The notes beneath the pieces were generated by a model. It was not told the origin of the DNA, did not search any database, and saw nothing but the letters and a program-made list of their open reading frames with translations. A stretch of 64,000 nucleotides of DNA from Catajapyx aquilonaris (lineage: Eukaryota). Position 1 is the stretch's first letter, and each line of letters opens with the position of its first letter. The stretch covers positions 1 through 64,000 of the forward strand of contig KZ538495.1 of the NCBI GenBank assembly GCA_000934665.2, written 5' to 3'. The position numbers and the translations under genes are program-made. Of the stretch, positions 9,557 to 25,446 are shown in pieces.

Positions 9557-12500
9557 ACCTCTAATTAATTGGAAAAATCTTTTTAGAGTGGATTGATTGG
9601 GTGCATTGGGTGCTATTTCTAGTGGAGAAAAAAAAAGAAAAACCACTGCACAAAGGCAGAAAAATAAAGCCAATAGCCGTGTTTCTCCTGCATTTACATC
9701 GCAGTTCTATACATCATTTTGGTCAGGATCAAAAGCATCTTCCAATCCGATTCGGGTGCATTTTAGCCCACCTGAATCGTCAAAAAAAGGTTCTTCTTTG
9801 TCATTCTTTCCGCGCATTTGATCCTTTACTCACTGGTCATGCAAACCTGAATTTTCGGCAGTTCCCGCAGTTCTGGTGGTGTGTAACATCACAGTACGTT
9901 AGCCCTAATAATGCCCTGGTGGTCGCGGCAAAAGCTGCTTATCTTCCTCGGATCGCTTATTACTCTGACGGTGGACGCAGTCAGCGTCGCTGTGTCATTT
10001 CCTGACAGGAATTATGACCCAAAACCCCCTGGACGGCCCTTTTCCGCCTTCATCACCTCCCCCTTTCATTATTGCATAGGGAGGCTTTAATAAGCCTGCC
10101 TTTCAATTTGGCGCATGCATTCAATTTGTCTTTACAACGATGGGGGACGTTATGGAGATAAGGACATACTTTATGACGCGTGAATTAAATTTTTCCAAAT
10201 ATATTGAATAACATTGGCGTTTATCTCTCTGAAAATAGGGAGTTATGGCACGAATACGTTCGGGATTAATTAGCGAAATGGTGGAGCTAATAGAGCTGTA
10301 CGAGCTAATGTTGTGGATATAATACTTCTTGCGGGAAATGTGACAGTTTTATTTCAACTATTATTAATGCTGTTAATGAGAGATTATTTGCTAACTTGGT
10401 GAAAAGGGGATATATTTTGATGTCGAATAATGAATTCTTGGAAGGTTCTCGGAACTAATCTGCAATTTTAATATGCCGAACATGTTTACAACCGCAGATT
10501 CATTTGCCTCAGAGCAGACAGATTAGGAAATCTAGGAGGATTCCCTAGTAAATGAATACCCTGAGGGATTGAAATATCCAATGACCGCAGATATGGAGGA
10601 ATGCTCCTTCTTGGAATTAGAGAAAATGTACTGCCAAGTCGGGTCACTGACTCTGGAATAGATTCTTCGGTCCATTGCATGGAGAGAGAAAAATATCCTC
10701 GTCGAACTTTTCTATTCAATTCCGCAGCAAAGTGTTCCCATTTGTGCATCATTAGGCTGTTCCTCGATCCGCTTGAGAGAACTTGTGAAAGGATGCTCCA
10801 TTCCTCAAAGGAAGTATTTTCTGACGATAACACAGGACTTTAATATAACTTTATACGGACGTTAGCATTCGTAAAAGGAGGAGTTTATTATATGCCAATT
10901 TAAACTCCATTTGCAGGTTATTGGAAAAATATACGTCATAGGAAATAACGCCGGGTTCAGTTCAATAAATTATGTCATCAATAACATCGGATCATATATA
11001 GGCATCTGGCGTAAGTTATTAATTTTGAATTGCTCAAGAGGTTATTGGATTTGAGTGGAGGGTATACACATATTCTGTGAAGCATACGGTATATTGATAT
11101 TGCTTGTATTTGCCAATTAAAATGTTATATTGCTTTTTCTGACATTTTTTGTAATAATATTATTATAGGCTTGCATATAGTTATTGCAAGCACAGGCATT
11201 AGACATTAGTTCTCGGTAAGTTGAAATCTACGGAGTCATGAGGGCTGTACAATGCCTGTATATACGTTTGTCTGTCGGTGAACCACAGCACGCCCTGGAA
11301 TGAACAATGGTGGGGTGATCAGCAATCACTTTCCAATAGTGTGTCGCCACCTGCGCAGCTCCTAGGACCGTCATTTAATACTTCGTGTGCAGCAGGGCTT
11401 TGATTACTCTTTTGTCTGCCCTAATCCCTTCCAATTGATTAACGATGCCTTTTATGAGCGCGTCACGTAAGACTGAACACCAAACTGGATATCAAAATTA
11501 GCAAATCCAACCAGATTACGGTATTACATGGCAAAAATTCAACCAGGCTTTTCTGCTCATACCAGCAGAGTCAGAAGTATAGGAGGAAAGTTTTGCTTGT
11601 TTCCGGGTCAAATGCAAGCAAAGGCGCCAAATAACGTTTCTAATTATCTCTCCAGTTGCCTGAGGATTTAATAATAGGTCTTTTTCTCCTTAGAACACCC
11701 AAGAGTAAACGAGTGGTCACCCTTTAATTCGTTGACTATTCTCCCGCCAATATCATTAAGGAGGAGGGTTCCTCACGTACAGTACGCCCGTCCTTTTCAC
11801 CTTACAGTTCGGCAAAGAATTCTTATTACCGAGGTTGTGCTGTCACGCATTTAATTATGAAATAGTTCGCTCTTCGTTCAATTAAATTGTCGAAGCCCGT
11901 ACACGTTCATGCATCAATTGTTGTAACAGTCGCCATACTCTGCGCATGGCCCCATTGAATATTCATGAGCTGAATAATGCGTAGGAACCCTATTTTAACT
12001 ACTACTGTATTTAGTTTTTAGTGCGGGCAACCGCAATATACGACGCGTTAATATTCCAGGGTCCATAGTAAACATCCCGCATCATTTTTATCGCCTTGCA
12101 ATGCACACTGTGGTATACCCACCGCTCATTGATTACGCCAATTATTCCTAAAATAAATTCTGCATGTTGGTTAACCAAAAGCTGCTTATATCGGCCCCAT
12201 CTAATCCGTATGTCCTGGTTGGAAAAAAAAAACAAAATGGCAGATCTAACAGAATAAAATCAAAATGGTGGGAGCGCTTCTTCCTGGAAAGCCAACCGAA
12301 GATCGTTTGTAGGTTGAGAGATCGTAATGCGTTCATCGCCTGGCCTCAATTGCCATTTCTGGCGAAGATCGACCTCCCCCGGATCACAAGACGAGAGAAT
12401 GGTGTCCGCCCGCAGGTTATGGTCGATTCTAATTGGTATTCAGTTAGCAAGGGCAGAGGGGGACACCTACGCTTCTTCTTCGTCCGTGATGCGGAGGAAA

Positions 12501-12995
12501 TATCATACAGGAGGAACAAAGGAATACGGTGGGATGTTTTATCCTCGGGGCCTTTATGATTCCTTCCTATTGGAGGCACGAATCGCAATAAAAGTTTACT
12601 GCGCTTCGTTTCGGCAAGGAGCATCATTTAGGCTTTGTTTACCAAGAGGGTCTGCGACATGTTTTCTCACGCGGATTTCGGATTATGGGAACGGCAGGGA
12701 GGTTCTGTAGGTCATCATTGTTGTACTGAAGTCCATTCACTTGGAAGAGGATTAAATAACACTGGGTTAAAAAGTATACTGTTACTAGGAGCAATAAAAT
12801 ATGTAGACGACATCCCAAAATAGGCAGTGGAGAAGAAATCCTGCCAAATGATACCCAGCAATTTCATAGGTCGTGAACTCATTAAGAAGCGCATTTTAGC
12901 TAGTTTATATCATGGAGATCTGGCCTGCAGAGGGCGATGAACTGGTCAGCTTTTTTTTCTAATGCTGCAGTGGTAATGCCAGGTAATTGCAATAT

Positions 12996-13009
12996 GTTAC
13001 CATGGCAAC
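12996..13009. promoter_or_regulatory. RFX X-box consensus match
   Basis: GTTACCATGGCAAC matches the GTNRCC-N(0-3)-RGYAAC X-box consensus. Function is untested. Confidence 0.4.
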
Positions 13010-16000
13010 AGCCAGACTTTCACTGCAGTCGTGGAATAGACAACCTATATCTATAGCAAACATGTTGATGGATTTTTGCATACATATTGGGTAACCTCAA
13101 ACCGATGTTTAGATTGATGTGGGCCATTTCGCTCGTATAAAACTTATTAGCGTGAACATCACGGTAAACCATACTGGCGCAATCACCTGTGGAGTCACAG
13201 CAGAACCCCGCAAAAACTCATTGGCGAGGCACTTTCCATTGTGTTTGTTTCCCCGGAGTGGAAGTAAAGATTCATGTAGTTCGCGTCCGGGTGACGAAAC
13301 GGCGGCAATAATCTACCTTCCAGCCACCGTGCCCTAATGGAACAACACTTTTGCATGAGACCCGGCGGTTATGGACCTCCCCTGGCTCACTATACCTGCC
13401 TCATCTCACCAACAGACTTGCTCCTCTTTTTTTATTATTTCCACTGTTTTGACCACCTTTACACACGCCAAGGTTCGTGACTTGTTGTGACCTGTGCTAG
13501 TGTGGGAGGACATCTCCTAAATGACCCATGGCGCATTCGACCAGAAACATTGTTGACGCTTCAATAATCTATGCTTTTGTGTACGCCTACGTGGATTTAA
13601 TAATGAGGGGGCGGGTTTATTGCATCACTGTTGCAGGCTTCTCGGCCGGTTGCATGGGTCACGAGAAGAGATTTGACCTTTTTGGAACGATACCAGTATC
13701 TTGTTGGACAGAGCTGAGTTGTAGCAACACTCAGGGTGGAATAGATTCGGAGAATTTCAGTTAGACAACCTATCTGAATTCACAAAATTACAATATTCGT
13801 CTGTACTTGAAATATCTGACAGGTCTTTAAGTAATTAATTAATAAACTTGGTTACTCTAATTACTATACAGTAATGTCCACACCTTTCAAAAATTACATA
13901 TTGCAAAAACACCCACACTGGCACATTTGAAACAGCAGCAACCACAGTTACGTCTGAACCTCAATTACAACAGCTTGCATTTTAATGGCCCAAGCCTGAA
14001 ACGTTCAGCGCAAGTCCACCGATACTACAATTTTCTCTGAGAGACCAGATGCGAAATGGTAGAAGTCGCTTTTGCAATTACGCAGTCTGCAACCTAATGG
14101 GCCATGAAGTTTGGCTGTTCTGTGCAGGTCTATTGGATACCACACAGATGGATGCCATTTGCAATGGTAGAGGGCGAGAAGAGAACAAAAGGATTGAACT
14201 AGATACTAGGCACACTTTGCATTCATAACGTGCCTTCCTATTTGAAATATTGAAGGCTCTGGGGATAGCAGGTGCGGATGTAACCGCGGATGAAAAGAAA
14301 CAAGGCTGGAAATAATATTCGCACAATATGTGCGGGGGTGGTCGTATAATGTTTCCATAATGAGGAGTTGCTGCTGGCAGTGTGGGATGTATCCTGTCGA
14401 AGGTTTTGCGCATTACTCTGATTGAAAAAGGTCCCGGTGAACGATCCGAACTATATGGGAGTGGGAGTCATTCATGACCGGACAGCAAAAATAGACGGAA
14501 GAAACAAGGTGCGTCGCAAATATCGATTTGTCTTTCCGGCCGCGTGTACAGGGCGTGCTGCCTTAGCCATCCAGGAAGGTCGATTTATACCTATATGTAA
14601 TTCCGGGTGATCAAATCCCATCTGATACTGCCCAACAAAAGTTCATTAACGTAGCTTGCCGTTGATTAAACATACTTCAATGCATTGCGCAGATTGGAGA
14701 CATCAAAGGGAGAAAAATCTAGGCCAGACACTACTACAGAAAGCGACTGATTTTTGAACAGAATAATGTCCGTAATTGCGAATTTCAAAATTCATGGTGT
14801 GTGCTATGTTCTTTTCAAAATTGGTGGTAAAGATACATATAGGCTATATATACACGCAGAAGTGATTATACTTGCTGAACCTATAGGAGGGCATTAATTA
14901 AACAAAGTGCTTCGTAATTATTCAGACAAGCTTCTATAGAGTGAACTGATGGACACAGTATGTAGTGCTATTTTTGGTGTCATCTAGTCAGTCTCGTTAC
15001 AGTCTTGAAACAGGATTAATAATATATCCTGTCTGGTAGGCATCCCTCCGCGCGTCCACGCGTTGTCCGTTCAAAATAAAGGTGTTAATATCAAATTGAA
15101 AATATTAAATGAAAATAGACGTATGAAATAATTGACTCTATGATCTCATTACGTGCATCAAGCAGTCTCCGATGCAATAGAAGCACTGTAGGCACATCAA
15201 CGACAAAGATGGTATAATACCTCTTTCATTACTTGCAGTCCCTGTAATTATATTTCTGAGGATTATTCTACGATCTACACTGATCTTTACAAACGGCAGT
15301 AACTTGGTGTAGTAAATGAATAGTAGAATTCACCACAAAGCATTGCGAAGCGTATAAAATTATTTTGGAAAACGTGCCTAGACAATAATAACTGCACTGA
15401 TGCCTTTCCACAACTCAATTCTCCAGACTCCCTCTCTTGAATAATGATGCGGACTACCCACCCTACAGTTGTAAAGTTTTCGCTAACTGATTCTATACGG
15501 CCTAGCGTCTCATTCAGCTCTCTGCAACGAGCTGCCAAAACTGGTTCATAGAGTTTGGCATAGATAAGAGCGCGACGCAGATACTGTCTGGAACGTCGTA
15601 CCGGAATGCTTTATGTAGGAGCCTTATCTATAGACGGCGATGCATCCTTTTATATTCTCAAGGTCAACCTCAAGACGGTAATTCCCAAGTCGCGTCGTAT
15701 ACATAATTCTGCTTCGATCTGGTTAGGTAGGGTCTAGTATAGCCCCGGATATTTACTTCTAGTCTTATCTGACGTCCGCTATATAGTGACATGGTCGTTG
15801 GGACGGAGGAGGGTGCTCTCAATCCTGATGCTTGACTGTAGCCAAGTGAAACCCAAATTAGGCCGTAAATCAAAAGATGTTGGCGGACACGACGACACAA
15901 CTGGATAGGATCCACTCCGGAGCAAGAATGCGGACGGAATACTAAAAGAGTGCTTTTTCCACACTTTTTATGTATGGTCGTGTACGAGCCGTTTCACGGT

Positions 16001-19000
16001 GCTACGACTACCACATTGTCATATCATCTCGAGCACATGTCAGGACAAATTTCAGTGGCAGGATTATAACCGTTTGGTTTCAATTTCATGGATAATGTAG
16101 CGGGCGATTGGGTGTAATAAATCGTGTAACGTGGTGTGATTATGTGCAGAATGAATGAATGTGTAAATAAATAAGTAAATAAATGCGTGTTTCTATATCA
16201 ATCCATTACTGCGACCTAAGGGCCATAAAATTACGAGCGTGTTTTGATTGAAATTCCGATCATGTTCGCAAAACCATAACCGTATAAAAAATGTTAGTGG
16301 AATACTTCAAATGGATGGAAAACGGAGTGATGACTATTCACTATATCAAATTCAAATCCCGATGCTACGCTATGAATATTGATGCATACCCAAAGGTCTC
16401 GTTCCATTTATTTGGCAAATCAATTGGGAGACCACACGTTACAGCTAGATGTGCTTTTCGTTCAGAGCAAGAGGGAAAAGTGCACTGGATCGTATAGGGT
16501 TATCTGATCATGTGGTATGTGAACCTGAACTGGTTAGAAACTTAGCTACGAGGTATCACGCAGTACAAATCCAGTGTTGCGAACAATTCGACAATTATTT
16601 GAAAACGCCTTTCGTGGATATTTCTGGAGAGGAATTTTGCAATCAACTTGTACTGTCATTCAATGCTAGACCGCATGGACACATTGTTGTGCCAAATGCT
16701 TCGGCGAAATCTAATTGAATTTTTTGGGGGGACGTGTAAATAGCAACATAATCCAGTTTGGCTTTATTACCCCGCTTTGTTCGTTTAACAGTGAGTGAAT
16801 TGTTATTTAAATAATAAAATTTTATAGTGCATATATTGCATTATCACAGTTTGTGGTCCTAATGAAAAGACACCATCAGCGTTAATAAGTACGTATTGTA
16901 CAAGTTCACTTGTGACTTGTTTAATGTCACATTTCGTGTAACTAATGGAATTCAAGCAAAACAAACTTTATTCCATAATTTTCATAACATTTAAGTACCG
17001 CATGACCAGGAAGCGGTTTTTAATATTAGTTCACTCGAAAGGTGATGTAGCACTTTATGGGGGAAATGGATCCATGATGTGGGCTATGTATTTCGCTTTT
17101 TCCGGAAATGAGATTCTATAAGCTTTTCTTCTCCCCACCAGAGAGACAGCAGGTGTCTTACTCATGAAAGACAAAGAAAAGGAGAGTGTCTTTTGCGAAG
17201 GAACCGAAGACTAAGGGCTTTTAGGATTGGAGGTAACATCTGACGACAGCTTTCACGGCGGGCATCGTTTTCGCTGACGAAAAAAAGCAAATCTTCTCTG
17301 GTTACAGATCTAATATTTTTTGAAGTGCTCTGTCTCCGAAGAGAGGCAATGCCCTCTTTTCCAATGGAGCACTTTCGTTTGATTCGAAGAACAATAAGTG
17401 AAATTAAACCTCGCGCCTAAAGAGGCAAACAGCCTTTGCCAGATGATTCTTCAAAGTAGCTTATTGGATCCAGCTTGCAAAAGCCCACGGTCTTATTACC
17501 GAGCTAATGAGCAATAATATTAGGCTTATGTTGAATTGTAAATAAAAACGATCGCATTTGACAACCATTTTGCGTCGCAGTTCGCCTCAGTCATCTTACA
17601 GTATCAATTTTGAATTTTCCATTATCTCAGCAGTATCAATCCTCAGATATCACCCACTCACGCAAAATGATATCATGCCCTGATATCCTTTCCTAAATAA
17701 TAAAATGGCCTCTTCCGGCTTATAGGCTCTGACGTTTATCTCTACGTTTCAACCGGAATGAATGTTTCAAAAGGGAAGTGACTCTCTTCGTAAATCCTAT
17801 TACACGAGGAGCCTACGTCGGAACAAACACGAGGATCCTATCTCACGGAGGGCATCTGAAGGAAAGGATTCTGATCTCTGAAAGTAATGATAGCCAGACT
17901 AGAGCTTGATGCAGCCTATACATATCGCTCAAAATGATGTAGACACTTTTGCATTTGCCTTCAATGCAAAATGGTCTCAATCTTTTTGAGCGATATACCA
18001 TATACACATTGTAATAAGAAATTATTGTTGTTGTTGCTGTTCGTTTGAAAGAATCACTCTAGCAGGTGAATCCCACAGGTTGCTCATATCGGCGTAGTGC
18101 CGTGGGAAACATCCAACCTGACAAGATTTATTAACATGCCTACCCAAATACCAGTCTAGAAGGAAGCCAAGGAGAGCTCCGGAATCTTCCGGGATTTGGA
18201 TCGAAATCGGACCCCCAGCGGCACGCCTTGTATTGTGCTTATATTGCCAGCTCAATATGTTCCGGGGCAGAAGTAGTCATACGCCTTTCTCCTCATTTCC
18301 ATGCACAGGCTTATCCCATTTTCTTCGCAGCCCGAGCGTGGTCTTTTTGTATATATGCGACCAACAACGTCTCTGGAAATATCGGAACTTATTTTTTTCC
18401 GACGACGAAGGAATAATTGGCAGTGAGAAAAGTAGGACACACTTGAATGTTTTCATCCGTCGTGTTGCCGCGGCAAATAATCAAGTAATGAAAGGGAACC
18501 GAGTACGAATCATTGCGACGCAGATGAAAGAAAAGTTTTCTCTTCGGGGCGAAAAATGAGAAGGGAAGCAAAAGGGTTTCTTTTAAATGTTGACGTATAA
18601 AGTGGAGGAAAAGTCAACATGTGAGAAAGTACTTGAAATGAACGTCTTAATTAGTATTTGAAGGCGTGGGTAGACTTATTATGTGGAAGCACCACAAGTA
18701 CTAATTGATGATGAATTGATGATTCAAAATAAATGGCAGAGAAACACTAATCACACCACATTTCACAGTATACTTATATGATGATGAAATATGATCCCAA
18801 CATGCGGTGTTTTGCACGCTTTGGGATATGCCAATGGTACAATAAACTCTAGAGAGCTTATCATAAAAACAGAAATAAAAACACTAAACTCTCGGGAAAT
18901 GCAGACGATGCCAAACCACGGTCATTATTATATGACCACATGCAATGAGCTTGTGATCATTTTTTATTTGACTTTTAATGATATTCGATTTTCAGAAATT

Positions 19001-22000
19001 TGGGTGCTTTTTCTGCGGCACAATAAAACCAGCAGACCACTATTTGTGTTATGGAGATGAACCGAGTGAGAATGTGCCAATTACGCTCCAGGTAATTAAT
19101 AAGAGTCGCGCAGCTTGCTGATATAAAGCCCTATTGAATCAACCTTCCGTTTAACAGCACTACGGAATGCACGTATATTACACACTCTATACTAACAGAT
19201 GTAGGTACCAGATATTATGTTTGTAACTACAGTTGAGGTTTGTTAATATACGTTATACGGACTGTGTAAGATTTCTTTTCCAGATTCCTGTTATACAGGT
19301 ATACTATATATACAGTACGTAGACTCGTAGAGTATATATGCTACATACCCAAGCAATATAGTATACCACCATCGGGTTATTATGTGTATTATAATAATTA
19401 TTATATGTGTAACTGAAGTCTTCAGGTGCACATCTGGAGAGCCATTCTTCCTTGCCTAACAAGCCTCTTTAGGCTGCTGAACAATTACTTATACCTAACA
19501 ATTGCAGCAACATCGGTCTCCTTAGAGCAGATGGTCTAGCTGGAGCTCATTAGAGTCTAGAGACCTGGAATAAGTCTGACTGGCATTCATATCATTTCTA
19601 ATACTTTGTAAGCTCCAACTTGCCCTTTATAGTACCCCTCCTGAAACCATGATTGGTCTGAGTTCTATACCGCGTGATGTGTTCAGTACTGAGCCTAGGA
19701 AACCATTCGGCTGAGCTGGAAGGTCTTTCGAAACCACTTTAATTTATTACCGAGAAACTGCGGCCAGAAGGTTTGCATTTGGCCTAGTCAGCAAATTGGC
19801 GCCTGGGCCCCTCCAGGTATCAAAATAGAACAAATGCTACAGAGCACTGCTTACACGACCACTTCCAAAGATGAATGGCTCCAGTATAAAGTTTCTCATT
19901 TCAGAGCTCCAACCAGCCACTGCATACATCTATTCGAAACTCGGATTACATTTTGTCAGAGGTGCTGGCGTGATCTCGGCTGCTGAATAACATGTTTCAG
20001 CATTCAGGATTTAAATAGGAAATAAATGTATAAATATGTTGTAGTAATTAAATCTACTATGATGATATACATTAATGAAATCAATCTTGTGTAAGTGACA
20101 ATCCATCAGCACTCTCGTGATATGATTTGGCGGAATTGAAAATATGCGATCGAACAAAACGCTGCAACCTTCCAAAGAATGCAAACTGATGAGTATTAAT
20201 AAGATTGCTCTCATTAATACTGAAGCATTCGTTTGTAAAACGCTAATTTTTAAACACATTATTATTTAAATGATCCCAGTGCTAATTGGAGTCGTTAAGC
20301 GCCACAAGTGCATACATTGCATCCACTTTAATTTTGATTATGCTCTGCATATTTATTGACAATTCCGCACAGGCAGCCTGTTTGTTTACCATCATTCCCG
20401 ATAATAATTTCGGCCAGCCTGACATCTGATAGCCCAACTGAATTACATAGTCTGCCAGATCCAGCATTTCAGCCTCATACCCTGCACCTTGCCCTGCACC
20501 ATCTGCGGCGTAGTCGCATATAAGAGCAAAGGATGACGAGCCTCAGTCACTTGGGACCAGCACTTGAGGGGCAGCCGGGTGGGAAGTTTTGGTCCAGCAC
20601 AAGCAAAAGGAGACTGCTTGCTTATAAAGGCAATATAAAGGGCCCATGGTATGTATACACACACTCCAAGTTGGATCAAATGTAATGGGCGAAGTCTGCC
20701 GACTGTGAAACCAGCAGGCCTTTGACGTAGTTGTGCACATGGAAAGTGTTGCGGGGGATTCAGTTCATCTAAAAAGTTTACGGTATATTGCGTTCGTTCT
20801 TGTTCAGGAATAAACTGAGATGCAGTTTGGAGGATTCTGTCCGGATATTCCGAGTTGAACTTTTAGTTTAGAGTTTGTCTCGTCAGACAGAAGACTGGTG
20901 TGTACCAGTGCATGCCCCTATGTCGTAAACTGAAATGCGGGTTATAAACAAGACGCGATTATAAAAGTAGGCAATACTTGGTTCCGTGTTTTCGGTGCAG
21001 TTGACATGTACTATCTGTATGCCGAAAGATATATTCATGTCGTTGATCAATCGATTCACATGTCAATTTGAGTATAATATGAAGGGCAAAAAAATGCAGT
21101 TAAACTACTGTATCATAACAGTGAAAGAATCATAAATATTTTATTTTACCATCAATCGACATTTGTGATTATTACGTTCATTAGTCCCCAACAATTAATA
21201 TTTGCCTGATAGGGCGTAATTCATTCGTAGAGTATAATATAGGCCTGTATTACGTATACGAATAAGCGAACCTATTTTGCAATTATATTGCATACATTAA
21301 CTTGTAATGTAATTATCATTATAGCCCCTCTCCACTAATGAATCGTAGATAACAAAAGCGGCTTTAAGGGCAGATTGACATGCCCTAATGCATGGAGGTC
21401 AAATTGGTACCCCAAAGGAAAGTCATCTTGTACCTGGATAATGATGAAAATGAGGCTGCTCACGAGCCTTTGCCATCGCTTCCTTCTAATTACTCCTTGG
21501 CTAATTACAGTTCTCTCAAGGTATGACACAGGCTACAAGAGATACGAGCTGACTTTTCTGAGACAAAGAGCAAAAATGTTATCTTTTTCTCACCTCTAAT
21601 TTGCCTGGTTAGAAGAGACGAGAAATTTTATTTATCTATATTTTTTACAGAACACCCAATAATATATTAAGCTTATCAATAATATTGTTTGATTTTAAAC
21701 CTCATTAACACATCAAACGTGAACACGGTATTTGCACCCCGGATATACAACTTCCCAGGATTTTTAAAAAGCCTCTCAAAGTACGCATAATTCAGGCATA
21801 TGAAATGGGCCCCTTTGGTGTCTGCAAATGACTGGCAGTAGTTGGAATAAATCCCAGAAGTTGGACTGCATTGCTGTCAGACCCAGAATAGTTTTTCCAC
21901 GCTCAGTACTCATCCTCGGCGTTCGCATAACGAAAGCACCTTGATTTTCATTTGCTAAAACCTCGTAAAGGACAATAGCAAGCATGCTTGGAAAATTACG

Positions 22001-25000
22001 CTGTAGAAATGTAGGTCAATTTAATTAATTCTGGACTAGCATTCCATAAATCGTTTTTTCCCCCTTCTGGCTTTCAATAACGAACGAAAAATGTCGTTTC
22101 GTAATTTAAAACGAACAAAGAATTGCGTAACAAAAGGGAAACTGACAAATGCGCTAAAATCTGGGCACAAAATATTTTTGAATCAATAATGTATATGCGC
22201 AGACTAATCCTTATATAATCACCCCTTTTTTGCTTCGATTGTAGCTTTTTAAAACCTCTCTTTGAGTGCAGGTACAAAGGCGCTTTTTTATTAATTTAAT
22301 ACAGACTTTAGGCCATCATTAAAAGCAACGTTAGCTCCTTTACATTACCATATTATTTTCCATCAGCTTGCAAGATCGGTTGCTACGCCGTTACTCTAAC
22401 AACATCGCATCTCACTGATCATATACTGTCAATTATGGTTAGTATCTCACAACAGGGATTACATTTCTGAACTAGAACATGGAGGCACTGCAATGCAAGG
22501 AATCTGGCAAATTAGTGTCCATTGAACAGTATCCGAATTTACTTTCCTGTCAGGCTGGCGGTGCTAAGAGAGGATCATCCAATTAGTAAGCCAACGTTGG
22601 TCTCACCTCCACAGTATCTGGCTCTTTCGGGTAATGGCGACATCCTTGGAACGTGTTTGAAGTTCAGATGAGAAAAAAGAAGACCAAATTTGCGGAGTCC
22701 TTGGGGTTTATTGAGCATTCATTTGTGGTGTACGTGACTGAGTGTTCTCAGTACACAACAAAATATGTATATGTTCATTAAATTGTGAGCTGATGCTATC
22801 ATACTACAGGTTCAGAGTTTTTCAAATAATCAGTGCTTCATGATGAAAGAGCGACCAATTTTTCCCAGAATGGGATAATTATGTACATTTAGCCGGAAAT
22901 CTGACTCCAACGAGCCTTTCAAAAGAAAAATTTCCTGGAATTCCTCATCCTCATTAATAATTACCATAGAAAAATCTTCCTCTGCGTAATTTAATCCTAT
23001 ACAGAACCGCTCTTAGGAATCTCACCTCTATAAGCGTCATCGCCCCTTTTCCCAAAAAGTTTCGCCTATACCTCCATGTCACTTGGCAAATGGTCCCCTC
23101 GTGCCGGCTGAATTTCATGGCAGAGGAAGCCTTAGGAATCTTGAAAACCCGGTAAATCCTTCCTCTTCATCCACTGGCAATATATTCGTCCCAACACGGA
23201 AAAGCTCTGACGATGTACAACATGCACCATGCGCCCTCCAACTTTTTATATGACTCGATACATGGCTAGTGCGGAGCGAGAGCCTTCGTTAGGGCCCGAC
23301 TTTGGGAATCGAGGCCACAACCATAAACCGAGGCTTCTTCGGAAAAAAGCCTCTCCAGATTTGCCAGGCTCTTCTATGCCAGCCAATATCGTTGGAGATT
23401 GCCTCGGTTCCTGGGGATACTGCTCGATTTTTTTTGTGTGTGTGACATTGACACGATTATGTGGATGGTATTGGACACTGACAGGTTTCACGTCGCGAGT
23501 ATGCGGAAAGGTATGTGTGAATGCTGACAAAGCTATTCAACTATTGCAGACTAGCTATCACTCGGGCGTTACATATGGGCACAAAGTTTGCAAATGGTGA
23601 GAAATAATTTTGCATCGATTCAGTATTGCGAATCCATACAAGTATCTGACAATACCTTACTGAAACGAGGTACTCTGACGTAGCTGGCACATTTGTATGG
23701 AAAGTGCAGGGAATTGGGTGTAAAAAAAAGACTTCAGATTAAATGAGATTTGGTTGGGGCCTGGTGGACACAAACCGCTGTCACACGTGGTTTTCTATAG
23801 CCGAGAGCACCTGCGACCTGGCCAGTACTATAGAATGCGAAAGGATGAGTTCTCACACGCTGCGTAGAGATACAGTGTAACTCATCAAGCACTGTAATAT
23901 AGTATACTGTATTAGGTTACGCTGTGGCATAAATTCATATTGCTTGGTGATGATCCTGGCAGTAATGATCCTATATGAATTGCGGCTTCAGGGAATTTAA
24001 TAATCCGATTAATTACGCCAAATGACATAAATGGGACTGTTTTGCGGACTTTCATGCGGTTTGTATAGAGCTTATTGCATAGTACAACGACACTATGCTG
24101 CGGACTTGTCACATATTGGTAACGTGGGACAGCCGGATTGTGAACTTTGCACACAACTTCCGTCTAATCTGCTGCATGATCCGTCATAGTAGCATAACAA
24201 CAAGTGGCCTCCGGCTTTTGATTCAATTTTTATGCAATAATAAATTTGTCTAAAAAGTTGGAAAGTTACCTGACTCGTTTGTAGTGCGCCAGAGGCTCTC
24301 TCTACCAATCAAAACCGCGGTCAGAACTTCTGACTTTGAAAGCTGTATACGACCTACTATATGCTTATAAATGCTGTAGGCACACACTTCCATTAACCAA
24401 ATAGATTAAAGCGTGAAGCCATGGAATTTTTCATTTCATTGAATCCGTGGGCTATTGGTCTTGATGATTTTTTTACTTCATCATAGCCACCACTTTTATA
24501 CCGCCCTCTGGACCAGAACACATGCCGTACTTGAGTTAATACTCACAACATGCCTGGAGTAGTTTCATCTTGCTGAATACGTTTATACTATTCATCTTCA
24601 TAAACTGTGACAGTTGCCTAAAGCACGCCTCTCACACGATCCAAGTTTACCTGATGGTTTGTTTATTTGGTTTTAAAACAATAGTTCACCGACCTTGACC
24701 GTGACGTCTAGAGTCAACATTAACCTAAGGTGTGCCTGTTTTTTACGATCTGGAGGTCCGCATTTGTGCGTCATCTTTATACGTGCATCACCGGCTGTGT
24801 TAACACCAGCGCCATCCAATATGGGCCTTTGGAGACCTATTAAAATGATGGATCTGAATGTAAACGTCCCAGGCTTACAATGTCAAATTTTGCCATTGTC
24901 ATTCCCTGACCCCTAAAGGGCGGGGTATTAATCACGTTTTAATACAACTTGTCAACAATTTGTCACTTTCAGTTGGAGTAAAGTTCTGACAGTGTTTTCT

Positions 25001-25446
25001 TAAAAATAGACTGTTCTTTTCCTGAGGTATATAAATAATAAAAGTAAGACAATATGCGCCGTAACTGTATAAAGTAATTTGATATACGAGTCAAGTTTAC
25101 ATAAGAATGATAAAATGGATGGGGCTCTCAGAAAATTGTGTGAAACTGTGAGAGTATACACACAAGAACTGCATGGAAACCGATACTCACGTTTTATAAA
25201 CCTACAGCTCCGGAAAGTTTGCTAAAATTGTATCCGTAACGACTATATCAACATCATTATTCACAAAGGAAACCAATTAAAATGCAAAAAAAAATACTTT
25301 CAATAATGAAGTAAAAGAAACACCGCTCTAATCTTGCCGCTCACTATTTAAGTAGGCGTATAAGATATGAAAATATTGCACAATCGTCTTTAAAACGTTG
25401 TATTTTAAGCCCTGAGTTGTGTTGGTGGTTTCTTCTGCTTTCCGTA

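Noticed and set aside
8556..12710. Longer ORFs at 8556..9029, 9601..10005, 10486..10833 and 12164..12710
   Set aside because: No recognisable domains or consistent splice structure, and their lengths are compatible with chance.
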